Shown piece after piece: positions 36,756-45,416 of a stretch of DNA of 64,000 bases (position 1 is the stretch's first letter; each line of letters opens with the position of its first letter). The position numbers were made by a program, and so were the translations under genes. This stretch comes from Patescibacteria group bacterium (GTDB lineage Bacteria > Patescibacteriota > Minisyncoccia > Phycocordibacterales > XYD1-FULL-46-19), in contig JBMCHT010000001.1 of the NCBI GenBank assembly GCA_048617235.1, positions 54,043 through 118,042 of the forward strand, given 5' to 3'. The notes beneath the pieces were generated by a model. It saw only the letters and a list, made by a program, of their open reading frames with translations, was not told the DNA's origin and did not search any database.

Positions 36756-37809
36756 TTAAAAATTCTTGATAATTTGGCAAATCATCTAAAATAATACCCG
36801 TTCCTTTTACTACGGCCAAATGAGGTTCTTCAGCCAAAGACACTGAGATAGATAATTCTCGAGTTAAAAGCTCAGGTAAACCAATAATCAATGACCCACC
36901 CCCGACTAAAATTATACCTCTTTGCATTATATCAGCTACCACTTCCGGAGGGGTGATTTCCAAAACTTCTTTAATAGAATCCAATAATTGAACCACTGAA
37001 CCGGAAATAGCCTCCCTTATATCGGAGTCAGTAATAACTACCTCGCGTGGCAAACCAGTTACCAAATCTCGCCCTCTAACTGTAAATTCTACTGGCTCAT
37101 CCGGTTTAATGACCGTACCAATAGAGGTTTTTATATCTTCGGCTGTTTTTTCCCCAATTAAAATTTTAAATTCATCTCTAATATAAGAAATAATATCATT
37201 ATTAAAATGAAGTCCGGCGATATTAATATTTTTAGATTGAACTACTCCTCCAAGAGAGATAACGGCAATATCGGTAGTTCCACCACCCATATCCACTATC
37301 ATATTACCTACCGGATCATTAATCGGTAAACCTATACCTAAAGCGGCAGCCATGGTTTCTTCCACTAAATAAACTTCTCTAACTCCGGCATTTCTAACCG
37401 CATCCCTAATTGCCCTCCTTTCGACATTAGTAATCCCCGAAGGCACACCAACTACCAATCTGGTTCTAAAAATCTTTTTTCCGGCAGATAATAAACTTTT
37501 TCTTAAAAAATAAGCCAACATCTCTTCAGCTACTTCAAAATTTGAAATAACACTATTCTCTAAAGGCCTAATAGCATTAATATGACTCGGGGTTCGACCA
37601 ATCATTAATTCAGCATCTTTACCCACCGCCACTATGCGATCGGTTTTTTGATTCACCGCCACAATAGAAGGTTCTACCATCATTAAACCTTGATTGGGAG
37701 AATATATCTGGGTACTAATAGTCCCCAAATCCATTCCCAGATCCTCAGTAAAAGTATTGAAAAAATTTTTAAACATAATTAAAGCAGTAAAAAGGAAATC
37801 CTTTTTCAC
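36724..37809 (-). CDS. mreB: Actin-like rod shape-determining protein MreB
   Basis: 'DLGTISTQIY', 'VDMGGGTTDIAVISLGG', 'VLVGGGSL' actin-fold phosphate/adenosine motifs. Confidence 0.9.
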   Translation of the reverse strand: MKKDFLFTALIMFKNFFNTFTEDLGMDLGTISTQIYSPNQGLMMVEPSIVAVNQKTDRIVAVGKDAELMIGRTPSHINAIRPLENSVISNFEVAEEMLAYFLRKSLLSAGKKIFRTRLVVGVPSGITNVERRAIRDAVRNAGVREVYLVEETMAAALGIGLPINDPVGNMIVDMGGGTTDIAVISLGGVVQSKNINIAGLHFNNDIISYIRDEFKILIGEKTAEDIKTSIGTVIKPDEPVEFTVRGRDLVTGLPREVVITDSDIREAISGSVVQLLDSIKEVLEITPPEVVADIMQRGIILVGGGSLIIGLPELLTRELSISVSLAEEPHLAVVKGTGIILDDLPNYQEFLIDNEDELPPR

Positions 37810-37864
37810 AAATCAAGCATAAACTAAAAACCGACAACGGTCAAAATTTAAAAATAATTATTAT

Positions 37865-38980
37865 TTATCTAAATAGTAGAATAAATAACTCGTCAACTGT
37901 CAAATAAACCATTAAAGCTATTAATAAAACAAAACCAACCAAATTAAACCAAGAGATTACCGCCTGATTAAATTCTTTTTTTCTGATTGCTTCCAAAGCT
38001 AAAATAAATAATCTCCCTCCATCTAAAGCCGGAAAGGGAATAAAATTAATTATAGCTAAATTTATAGAAATCAAAACTATTAAACTGGCTACATAAATAA
38101 ATCCCATACTGGAAGTCTCTCCCACTAAACCAGCCAACCCAACCGGTCCGATTAATTGGTCAAATGGTGATTGACCGACAAAAATTCCGCTTAAAATTTC
38201 AAATAAGGATTGTAAAATTAAAATAGTTAAACTAAAAATCATTTTCAAACCAACTACCGGCGCTTGCCACCAAACAGTTTTAACCAAACCAATTTGATTT
38301 AATTCCACTCCCAAGGCTCTTTTGCCATTTGGTCGAAAACCCGTCGTTGGTTCCAATACTATCGACTGCTTCTCTCCTGTAGTTGATAATACTTCCAAAC
38401 CGATTTCTTTCGCTTCCATTTGCTCTATCAATAAAGACAACTCTTCCGCTTGTTGAATGTCTTCTTTTTTATTATTCAAAATAACTGCTTCTATTTCTTG
38501 GCCGGCCATTAACCCTGCTTTATCTGCTGGGGAATCTGAAACAACTTGTTGAATAACCACCGGACCTGTTTCTAAAATTTCAAAGTTTTCAGATAAACCG
38601 GCCAGACTCATAGGCCATCCAATAATCAAACCAATAGATAAAACAATCCAAGCAAAAAGTAAATTAAAAACTACTCCGGCCGCCAATACTGCCGCTTGAA
38701 TTCTTTTAGATTTATCCGGTAAACGACGACCTTTTGTTTCATCAGTCAGACCAGAACCCTCTATTTCATCTTCACCGGCCATTTTTACAAATCCTCCAAA
38801 AGGAATCATGTTTATAGAATAGATTGTTTCTCCTATTTTTTTAGAATATAACTTGGGCGGAAAACCCAAACCAAATTCTTCCACTTTAATTCCAAAAAAT
38901 TTAGCCACACTAAAATGACCCAATTCATGAACAAATATCAATAAGGTTAAAATAATTAAAAAAAATAAAATGGAAATCAT
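37865..38980 (-). CDS. rseP: Site-2 protease RseP (M50 zinc metalloprotease with PDZ)
   Basis: 'HELGHF' HExxH in the first TM region, central PDZ. 'LDGG' near the C-terminus. Confidence 0.85.
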   Translation of the reverse strand: MISILFFLIILTLLIFVHELGHFSVAKFFGIKVEEFGLGFPPKLYSKKIGETIYSINMIPFGGFVKMAGEDEIEGSGLTDETKGRRLPDKSKRIQAAVLAAGVVFNLLFAWIVLSIGLIIGWPMSLAGLSENFEILETGPVVIQQVVSDSPADKAGLMAGQEIEAVILNNKKEDIQQAEELSLLIEQMEAKEIGLEVLSTTGEKQSIVLEPTTGFRPNGKRALGVELNQIGLVKTVWWQAPVVGLKMIFSLTILILQSLFEILSGIFVGQSPFDQLIGPVGLAGLVGETSSMGFIYVASLIVLISINLAIINFIPFPALDGGRLFILALEAIRKKEFNQAVISWFNLVGFVLLIALMVYLTVDELFILLFR

Positions 38981-38993
38981 CAGCTTGGTTTAA

Positions 38994-39584
38994 TCAAAGA
39001 CTTATTTCTTTTCTTTTTCTTTCAGTTAAAACTTCCAAATTGGATTCCAATTCAGACATAACTTTTTGCAAATCTTCCTTTAATTTAAATTTTTCATCTT
39101 CAGTCAATTCACCAGTTTTAGCTTGGTCTTGAATTTCATTCCAAAGTTTTTCCCTTTCTTTTCTTAAAGAAATTTTAACTTCTTCCAACTTATCGCCAAT
39201 CATCTTAATTAACATATCTCTACGTTCAGTAGTTAAATCCGGGAAAATAACCCATAAACAACCGGGAGACGGAGAAGTAGATACTCCCAAGTTAGCGGAA
39301 GCAATGGCTTTTTCCACCTCCTTAACTTGAGACGGATCCCAGGGAGAAACATTTAAAGTTTTAGGATCTTCAATCGAAATTGAAGCTAAATGGCGCAAAG
39401 GAGAACGAGTTCCTAAAACTTCTACCTCCACACTATCTAATAAGGCAGGAGTAGCACGACCGGTACGAACCGATTTTAAAGAATCAGCTAACCAGTCCTC
39501 CAGTTCTTGACCCTTTTCTTTTAATTTTTTAATATAATCACCTATCATTATTATCATCATAAAAAATAATAAATCTTTTAGCAA
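38994..39584 (-). CDS. frr: Ribosome recycling factor
   Basis: 'LKSVRTGRATPALLDSVEVEVLGTRSPLRHLASISIEDPKTL' collinear with the RRF consensus. Confidence 0.85.
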   Translation of the reverse strand: MLKDLLFFMMIIMIGDYIKKLKEKGQELEDWLADSLKSVRTGRATPALLDSVEVEVLGTRSPLRHLASISIEDPKTLNVSPWDPSQVKEVEKAIASANLGVSTSPSPGCLWVIFPDLTTERRDMLIKMIGDKLEEVKISLRKEREKLWNEIQDQAKTGELTEDEKFKLKEDLQKVMSELESNLEVLTERKRKEISL

Positions 39585-39599
39585 GTTTTAAATATTAAT

Positions 39600-40298
39600 T
39601 TAAACCTCAAACAACAATAACCAAATTGGTTCTAAAAGTAAACGACGATTAATCCAAACCCCGTTTCTTGATTGTCGGCCGGCAATCACTAACAATTCTT
39701 CAATTTTTTTACCGATCGTTAAGTTAATTTTTTTATGTTTAAGTAAGTCTTTAAAATATTGCTCAGCTGTTTGTAAAAAATCATTCTCCCAACCCGGCGA
39801 TCCATTTTTAAGTAATTGCTTGAATATTTTTTCTCGACCAACTCCGTCTTGGTTCCAAAAATCAATCCAAAAGTCATCATTTTTTAATAAACCTTGATTA
39901 TCTGATACAAAATTAAGTACTCGGCAACGAGACTTTACTGTTTCCAACCAGCGATCTGATTTATCCGCCAATAAAATAAAACAATTATTAGCCGGAGATT
40001 CTTCTAAAATTTTTAATAAGGAATTTTGGACAAATAAATTAAGATAACGGCCATCCAAAACTATCAATCTAAGACATCCTAATGGCTGACGATAAACTCC
40101 GGCTATTAAAAGTTTAAAATCTTCAACTGATATCGCTTCATCCACCTGATAATAATCAGTAGGATGTAAATTACCATCAGTTATTAAAGAATTTTTAATA
40201 TCTCCTATTTGTTCATAAATATCTGTAAGCGAACCAACAACTAAAACAGATTGAACTTGTAATTGTAAAGAATCTGAAAATAAAAATTCTTTGAGCAT
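39600..40298 (-). CDS. holB: DNA polymerase III delta'-like clamp-loader subunit (degenerate, no Walker A)
   Basis: 'SLLKILEESPANNCFILLADKSDRWLETVKSRC' matches the delta'/tau sensor-1/SRC region. N-terminus lacks a P-loop. Confidence 0.45.
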   Translation of the reverse strand: MLKEFLFSDSLQLQVQSVLVVGSLTDIYEQIGDIKNSLITDGNLHPTDYYQVDEAISVEDFKLLIAGVYRQPLGCLRLIVLDGRYLNLFVQNSLLKILEESPANNCFILLADKSDRWLETVKSRCRVLNFVSDNQGLLKNDDFWIDFWNQDGVGREKIFKQLLKNGSPGWENDFLQTAEQYFKDLLKHKKINLTIGKKIEELLVIAGRQSRNGVWINRRLLLEPIWLLLFEV

Positions 40299-40299
40299 A

Positions 40300-41316
40300 C
40301 TACCCTCTTTTGGTTATTATACTTTTTTTATAAGTATCCAAATGTTCCAAAGCCACCCCTGTACCATTGGCAACACAAAATAAAGGTTCATCAGCTAAAT
40401 TGGCTTTAACTCCGGTTCGCCTATAAACCAAATCGGTTATATGCCTCAATTGCGAAGAACCACCGGTCATAATAATCCCTTGATCTATTATATCGGAAGC
40501 CAACTCCGGCGGAGTTTCCTGAAAGACACTTTTTATAGCTTTTATAATTTCTCTCAACTCTCCTTCTATAGCTCTAACTATTTCATTAGTTTTAATATCA
40601 GCCCCTCTAGGTAAACCAGTCATAAAATCTCGCCCTTTTATATGGTAAACTGTTTCCTCTTCTACCGGCACAGCTGAACCTATAGCCATTTTAAGATCTT
40701 CTATAGTTTTATCTCCTACCGATAAATTTAAAGTTTTTTTAATATAATCAGCAATAGCTTGATCAATTTTGTTGCCGGCGTGTTTAACTGAAGTCGAAGA
40801 AACAATACCCCCTAAAGAGATAACTGCTACATCTATCGTCCCTCCACCAATATCCACCACCATATGTCCTTTAGGTTCATAAATGGGAATTCCGGCTCCA
40901 ATGGCTGCTAAAATCGGTTCTTTAACTACATAAGCATTTCGAGCCCCGGCTTTCATAGCTGCTTCTATCACCGCTCGCCTTTCAGTTGAAGTTACTCCGG
41001 CCGGTACCGAAATTAAAACATCCGGTCTAATTAAATTAAACCGACCTAAAACTTTACTTATATAATATTTCAACATAGCTTCGGTTACCAAGTAATCGGC
41101 AATCACCCCGTCTTTCATTGGTCTAAAAGCGGTAATATTATCGGGAGTTTTACCTACCATATCTTTGGCCTCCAAACCAACAGCTACCACTTTATTATCT
41201 ATTCCGGAAACAGCTACCACTGACGGTTCATTTAAAACTATCCCCTTACCGGGTGCAAAAACCAAGGTATTAGCCGTACCTAAATCTATTCCCAATTTTT
41301 TAGTTAAAAAAGCCAT
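40300..41316 (-). CDS. mreB: Second actin-like MreB/Mbl paralog
   Basis: 'GIDLGTANTLVF', 'VDIGGGTIDVAVISLGG', 'IIMTGGSS' actin-fold motifs. Not next to mreCD. Confidence 0.85.
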   Translation of the reverse strand: MAFLTKKLGIDLGTANTLVFAPGKGIVLNEPSVVAVSGIDNKVVAVGLEAKDMVGKTPDNITAFRPMKDGVIADYLVTEAMLKYYISKVLGRFNLIRPDVLISVPAGVTSTERRAVIEAAMKAGARNAYVVKEPILAAIGAGIPIYEPKGHMVVDIGGGTIDVAVISLGGIVSSTSVKHAGNKIDQAIADYIKKTLNLSVGDKTIEDLKMAIGSAVPVEEETVYHIKGRDFMTGLPRGADIKTNEIVRAIEGELREIIKAIKSVFQETPPELASDIIDQGIIMTGGSSQLRHITDLVYRRTGVKANLADEPLFCVANGTGVALEHLDTYKKSIITKRG

Positions 41317-41483
41317 AATTTAATTTAGCAAAACACAAAAAAAATACGAAATCAATTACTGAAATCGACTGTCAATATTATGACGTTAATTTTCCTTAAA
41401 TGCAAACAAGAAACAAAACATTAAAAACTTTAGTTTTAAGGTAACTATTTCTCCAAATAACTTTTATTTTATCCATCTAATAA

Positions 41484-43739
41484 TTAAATTTTTATAGCTT
41501 TTTGTTTTAAAACGCCTTTAGTTAAATTCATTTCGGCTGAAGTATGTATTTTTTTATAAGAACCATCCGCTTGTTTAGCTTCTATTGTCATATAATAACG
41601 TCCGGGTTGTAATAAAACATAAAAGCGTCCAAAGGCATCAGTTACCATCTTTTTTACTTCTTGATCTAAATCGACCATATAAAAACGAATAATAGCAAAT
41701 GACAAAGGTTGTCCATTATAGGAAACCACGGTTGCCAGATGAATCTTTTTCCAAATTTGTTGAAATATAAAAATTAAAATGTAAGCCACTAGTAAAGAAA
41801 GATTGAGCCATGAAAAACCGGTAGTAACCGACCAGACTGTTGCCAATAAACCGGCCCAATAAATAAAACCGGTAAATCGTCTTAACCACAACTCTCTGCG
41901 TGTATATACTTGAAAATATTTAGCCTGACTCTTGGTATATTCATTCCAATCAAAACCAACCGGATCCAATGGAATATTTTTATTAATCACATTTTGACCA
42001 CCAGCCTCCAATTCTTCGCCGAAATAAAGATTATCATATAATTCATCTTCTTGACGACCGGCCAAAATATTTGAAGGAAAACGATAATGAGTTTTACCGG
42101 CTTCCAAATAATATTGACCGGGTGGTAATAAAAAACCATAACGACCATCAATATCCGTAATAGCTGAAGTTTGTTTCTCTTTATTTATTGTAGAATAAAC
42201 ATTTATATAAGCGGGATCTATCGGGCGCTTGGTTACGGCATCATAGACCACTCCCCAAGGACGACTTTTTCTACGATAACCTAACCAACCAATTAAAGCT
42301 GCCAACCATCTTAAAAGTAAAAGATAGATATCAGTAAACGACCATAAACTCAAAGACGCTCCGGCCACTTGAAGAACACCGGCTGTTAAACCAACTCCGC
42401 TTAAAGCCGGGGCTGCCATTTTCTCTACAGTTTGTGAAACTGTAGCCGTTGCCGGCCAGGCCGTTATAGTAATTTCTCCTTCTAAACGACCTAATATTTT
42501 TTGATCTTCAGTTAAAAAAGAAACCGCTGCCGGCACCTGGCCGGTTTGCCTAAAAGCCGGTAAAATTCCGGAATAAACTCCTTCAGATTCTTTTAATAAT
42601 ATAGCTATTGTTTGGCCACTATTCGGATCTGAGGTAGAAAAAACCAAAGTCTCTACAAAAGAATCGACTTTATCGGCAGAAATTCTAACCTCAGTATACC
42701 AATCCGGTTTTAAATTATAATGACCGGTAGCTTTAATTAATCTACGACCATCTTCTTGAATCAAAGCAAAATCAGACCACACCGGTAAAGAAAAATCTAA
42801 ATCAATTTCTCCCGTTTGTTCAAAATATTCAAACGGATCAAAAAAATCTTCAACAATATCATCGTCTACCGGATAAAAAGGATCATCGGAATCATCAGGA
42901 TCATCGGAATCATCAGGATCATCGGGATCATCAGGATCATCGGGATCATCAGGATCATCGGGATCATCGGGATCATCGGGATCATCGGGATCATCGTCTT
43001 CATATTCACAAGAACCGTCGTCGGTTATTGCCAAAGGGTCATAATTAATAGCTTCAGGATCAGTACAACCTGTGTCGGGATCATCGTCTTCATATTCACA
43101 AGAACCGTCGTCGGTATTGGCCTCCGGATTATAATTAATCGCTTCCGGATCGGTACAGCCAAGTATTGAATCATAAACTCCCGGCACCGCCACAAAAGCT
43201 ACTACTCCGGAAGAAATAACTTCATCTGTCGCCACCGCGAAAGCGGTATAATAATATAATTCACCATTTTCCACCTCAGTATCTATAGCTACCTCTCCCG
43301 AACCTTCATAAATTAATTGCCCTTGATCTATATCTGTTGGAATATAATCAACCAGACGACGAATAATTATATAATCTAATCTATCCCCTGTTGGATTTTG
43401 CCAATCTAAATTAACTCGCATTTGTTCTTGATTATAAGAAGCTACAAAACCATCAGGATTAGGCATCGACCCCAATTCATATTCACAAGATCCATCATCA
43501 GCAGTAGCTTCAGAATCATAGTTAACCGCTTCCGGATCAGTACAACCCCAAACTGTCCCTCCACCACCGCCGCCACCACCGCCACCACCAGTATCTTCTT
43601 CATTTATAGTAACCGAAACATCTAAGGCCAAAGCCGGATAACTTATTATTAAAAAGACAGGCAAAACAGCTAAAATCGCAAAAAATAAACGATGATTGAA
43701 TTTTCTTTTTAAAGCTGAAAAAAACATTTTATAAAGCAA
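41484..43739 (-). CDS. Giant repeat-rich cell-surface protein with carboxypeptidase-regulatory-like domains and internal TM helices
   Basis: N-terminal signal anchor. G11 run. Three 'GCTDPEAxNY...DDGSCEYE' Cys modules. (DPD)n tract. Internal TM helices. 'DIDGRYGFLLPPGQYYLEAGKTHYRF' and 'GRFYVLLQPGRYYMTIEA' CarbopepD_reg-like beta-sandwich motifs. Confidence 0.6.
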   Translation of the reverse strand: MLYKMFFSALKRKFNHRLFFAILAVLPVFLIISYPALALDVSVTINEEDTGGGGGGGGGGGTVWGCTDPEAVNYDSEATADDGSCEYELGSMPNPDGFVASYNQEQMRVNLDWQNPTGDRLDYIIIRRLVDYIPTDIDQGQLIYEGSGEVAIDTEVENGELYYYTAFAVATDEVISSGVVAFVAVPGVYDSILGCTDPEAINYNPEANTDDGSCEYEDDDPDTGCTDPEAINYDPLAITDDGSCEYEDDDPDDPDDPDDPDDPDDPDDPDDPDDPDDSDDPDDSDDPFYPVDDDIVEDFFDPFEYFEQTGEIDLDFSLPVWSDFALIQEDGRRLIKATGHYNLKPDWYTEVRISADKVDSFVETLVFSTSDPNSGQTIAILLKESEGVYSGILPAFRQTGQVPAAVSFLTEDQKILGRLEGEITITAWPATATVSQTVEKMAAPALSGVGLTAGVLQVAGASLSLWSFTDIYLLLLRWLAALIGWLGYRRKSRPWGVVYDAVTKRPIDPAYINVYSTINKEKQTSAITDIDGRYGFLLPPGQYYLEAGKTHYRFPSNILAGRQEDELYDNLYFGEELEAGGQNVINKNIPLDPVGFDWNEYTKSQAKYFQVYTRRELWLRRFTGFIYWAGLLATVWSVTTGFSWLNLSLLVAYILIFIFQQIWKKIHLATVVSYNGQPLSFAIIRFYMVDLDQEVKKMVTDAFGRFYVLLQPGRYYMTIEAKQADGSYKKIHTSAEMNLTKGVLKQKAIKI
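42878..42996. repeat. Tandem 9-bp repeat (GATCATCRG)x~13 within the surface-protein gene, encoding (D-P-D)n on the minus strand
   Basis: Directly visible: ggatcatcggaatcatcaggatcatcgg... repeated in phase. Confidence 0.85.
42987..43170. repeat. ~92-bp tandem duplication (two near-identical units; third diverged copy ~43465-43560) encoding the Cys-module repeats
   Basis: 'gatcatcgtcttcatattcacaagaaccgtcgtcggt...' occurs at 42987 and 43079 with few mismatches. Confidence 0.75.
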
Positions 43740-44478
43740 CTAAGGTCACGGTTAAGTTAGCTGTATAACTCCCATCCGGCAAACCGGAATCAGAAGCGGT
43801 TTCTGCTTTAAATCCTAAAACGATTTCACTACCATCAGGATGATTATCGGAATCAGCTTCCGCCACTGTTTGAACAACACCTAAGCCATCCCAACAATAA
43901 TCAAGAGAAGTAGAACCGGAAACACCACAATTATCACCATCATCTTGCCAGTTCAAAGTCGCATCATCTCCGGAAACCGTAAAGCCAAAAAGTCCGCCAC
44001 TGGTTGGAGAATCCCAAGAGTAATCAGGCACCCCTGTATTAGGAGTATAATCATCAAAACTATTACTGCCGGAACTTAAAGCCGGGTTACTATCTGCCTC
44101 AACCGTTAATTGGTAACCACTAGGGTTATTAGTAACTACTGTCCAAATTCCTTGACCGGTAGCCGAACCTCCATCAAAATCAATATTGGGAGTTAAATTT
44201 ATTTCTTCAGAACCGGATAAAGCCAAAATACTTTCATCTGTTAACATAGCCTGAAAACCACCCTCTAAATCATAAGAACCACTACTTAAATCTCCCGTCC
44301 CCATCTCGCCGACGGTATCTGTTACCTTAAAAGAACCAGATTCAGATAATTGACCGCCAACATTAACACTATCTGATTGGATTCTGTAATTACCACTTTC
44401 AGCTACAAAAGCTCCAGCTCCACCGGCTAGTAAAAAAACAATAATTACCCATTTCAATTTTAAAATTTTAATGAACAT
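43729..44478 (-). CDS. Secreted Gly/Ser/Asp-rich protein (possible WxL-like C-terminus)
   Basis: Signal peptide 'WVIIVFLLAGGAGAFVA'. Low-complexity G/S/D-rich. C-terminal 'GSYTANLTVTLVAL'. Start overlaps the upstream gene's stop. Confidence 0.4.
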   Translation of the reverse strand: MFIKILKLKWVIIVFLLAGGAGAFVAESGNYRIQSDSVNVGGQLSESGSFKVTDTVGEMGTGDLSSGSYDLEGGFQAMLTDESILALSGSEEINLTPNIDFDGGSATGQGIWTVVTNNPSGYQLTVEADSNPALSSGSNSFDDYTPNTGVPDYSWDSPTSGGLFGFTVSGDDATLNWQDDGDNCGVSGSTSLDYCWDGLGVVQTVAEADSDNHPDGSEIVLGFKAETASDSGLPDGSYTANLTVTLVAL

Positions 44479-45375
44479 TTATTTTTGTCTAATATAAAAT
44501 ACAAATTTAATAAATAAAACTAATAACAAAAATCCTGATAACCAAATCACCCAACTTGGAATAACAACAAATCTTAAAAATTTTTTATCTATTACATTAT
44601 TATAACCACGATTAAGGCTAACTCCAACTTTATACCAACCTCCAGACAAAGCCGGGATATCAAAATCTCTAAACCGAGTAGTCTCCGGTAAAACAAACCA
44701 AGGATCTATAATTTGCCGATGCACAATTTTACCTCTCAAATTTTTAATCTCAATCACTCCATAAGGATTAAGGTAAGTATCTCCTTTATTTTCAAATTCC
44801 AAACTTAGTCTCTCTGCTTGGCCACCAACAACTAAACGATTACCAGAATATCTGATCCCTTTTAACTCACCCTCGGCCTGTCCTTCAAACTCCGCCGTAG
44901 ATACAAAAACCAAAACACCTATTCTGTTTTTAATACTGGTCATAGCCGACCCTGCCTTATTTTGGAGGTTAAAATCCGCTAAAATCGCTCCATGAAAACT
45001 TTCAGTCATTAAAAATTGTTGGTGATTAAAAGTAACAGATATTGTTTTCATTTCTCCGGGCAAAATCTCAAAATTTCTTTCAGATAAAATTAACCATTCA
45101 AAATTTTCTTCATCTTTAAATATAATTCCCTTTTTCGCTTGTGCTTCTACTGTAGTCGTGTTTAAATTCACAGTCACGGGATATTTAAAACCATTAAGAA
45201 AAGTTAAGGTTTTTGTTTTGGTAATTTGTCCGGCCTCAAACCTGATTTCCATTTTTCCGGGAGTAACAGTTAAAAAAGCTTCCGTTACCAAGGGTGAGAA
45301 AAATAAAATTATCACCAGTAAACCAAAAACTGTTTTTTTCCCAATCATTAAATTTTTTATATTAATTACTGACAT
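44479..45375 (-). CDS. Membrane-anchored beta-sandwich surface protein (DUF916/DUF3324-like architecture; chaperone/anchor candidate)
   Basis: N-terminal signal, beta-rich body. C-terminal TM 'WVIWLSGFLLLVLFIKFVFY' plus basic tail. First gene of the three-gene operon. Confidence 0.4.
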   Translation of the reverse strand: MSVINIKNLMIGKKTVFGLLVIILFFSPLVTEAFLTVTPGKMEIRFEAGQITKTKTLTFLNGFKYPVTVNLNTTTVEAQAKKGIIFKDEENFEWLILSERNFEILPGEMKTISVTFNHQQFLMTESFHGAILADFNLQNKAGSAMTSIKNRIGVLVFVSTAEFEGQAEGELKGIRYSGNRLVVGGQAERLSLEFENKGDTYLNPYGVIEIKNLRGKIVHRQIIDPWFVLPETTRFRDFDIPALSGGWYKVGVSLNRGYNNVIDKKFLRFVVIPSWVIWLSGFLLLVLFIKFVFYIRQK

Positions 45376-45416
45376 TATCTGTTAATCAAATATCTGTTAT
45401 TATCTAATTATACAAG

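Noticed and set aside
42816-43625. Plus-strand ORFs 42816-43169 ('IIGIIRIIG...') and 43422-43625
   Set aside because: Produced by reading the (GATCATCRG)n repeat and Cys-module repeats antisense. Pure repeat artefacts.
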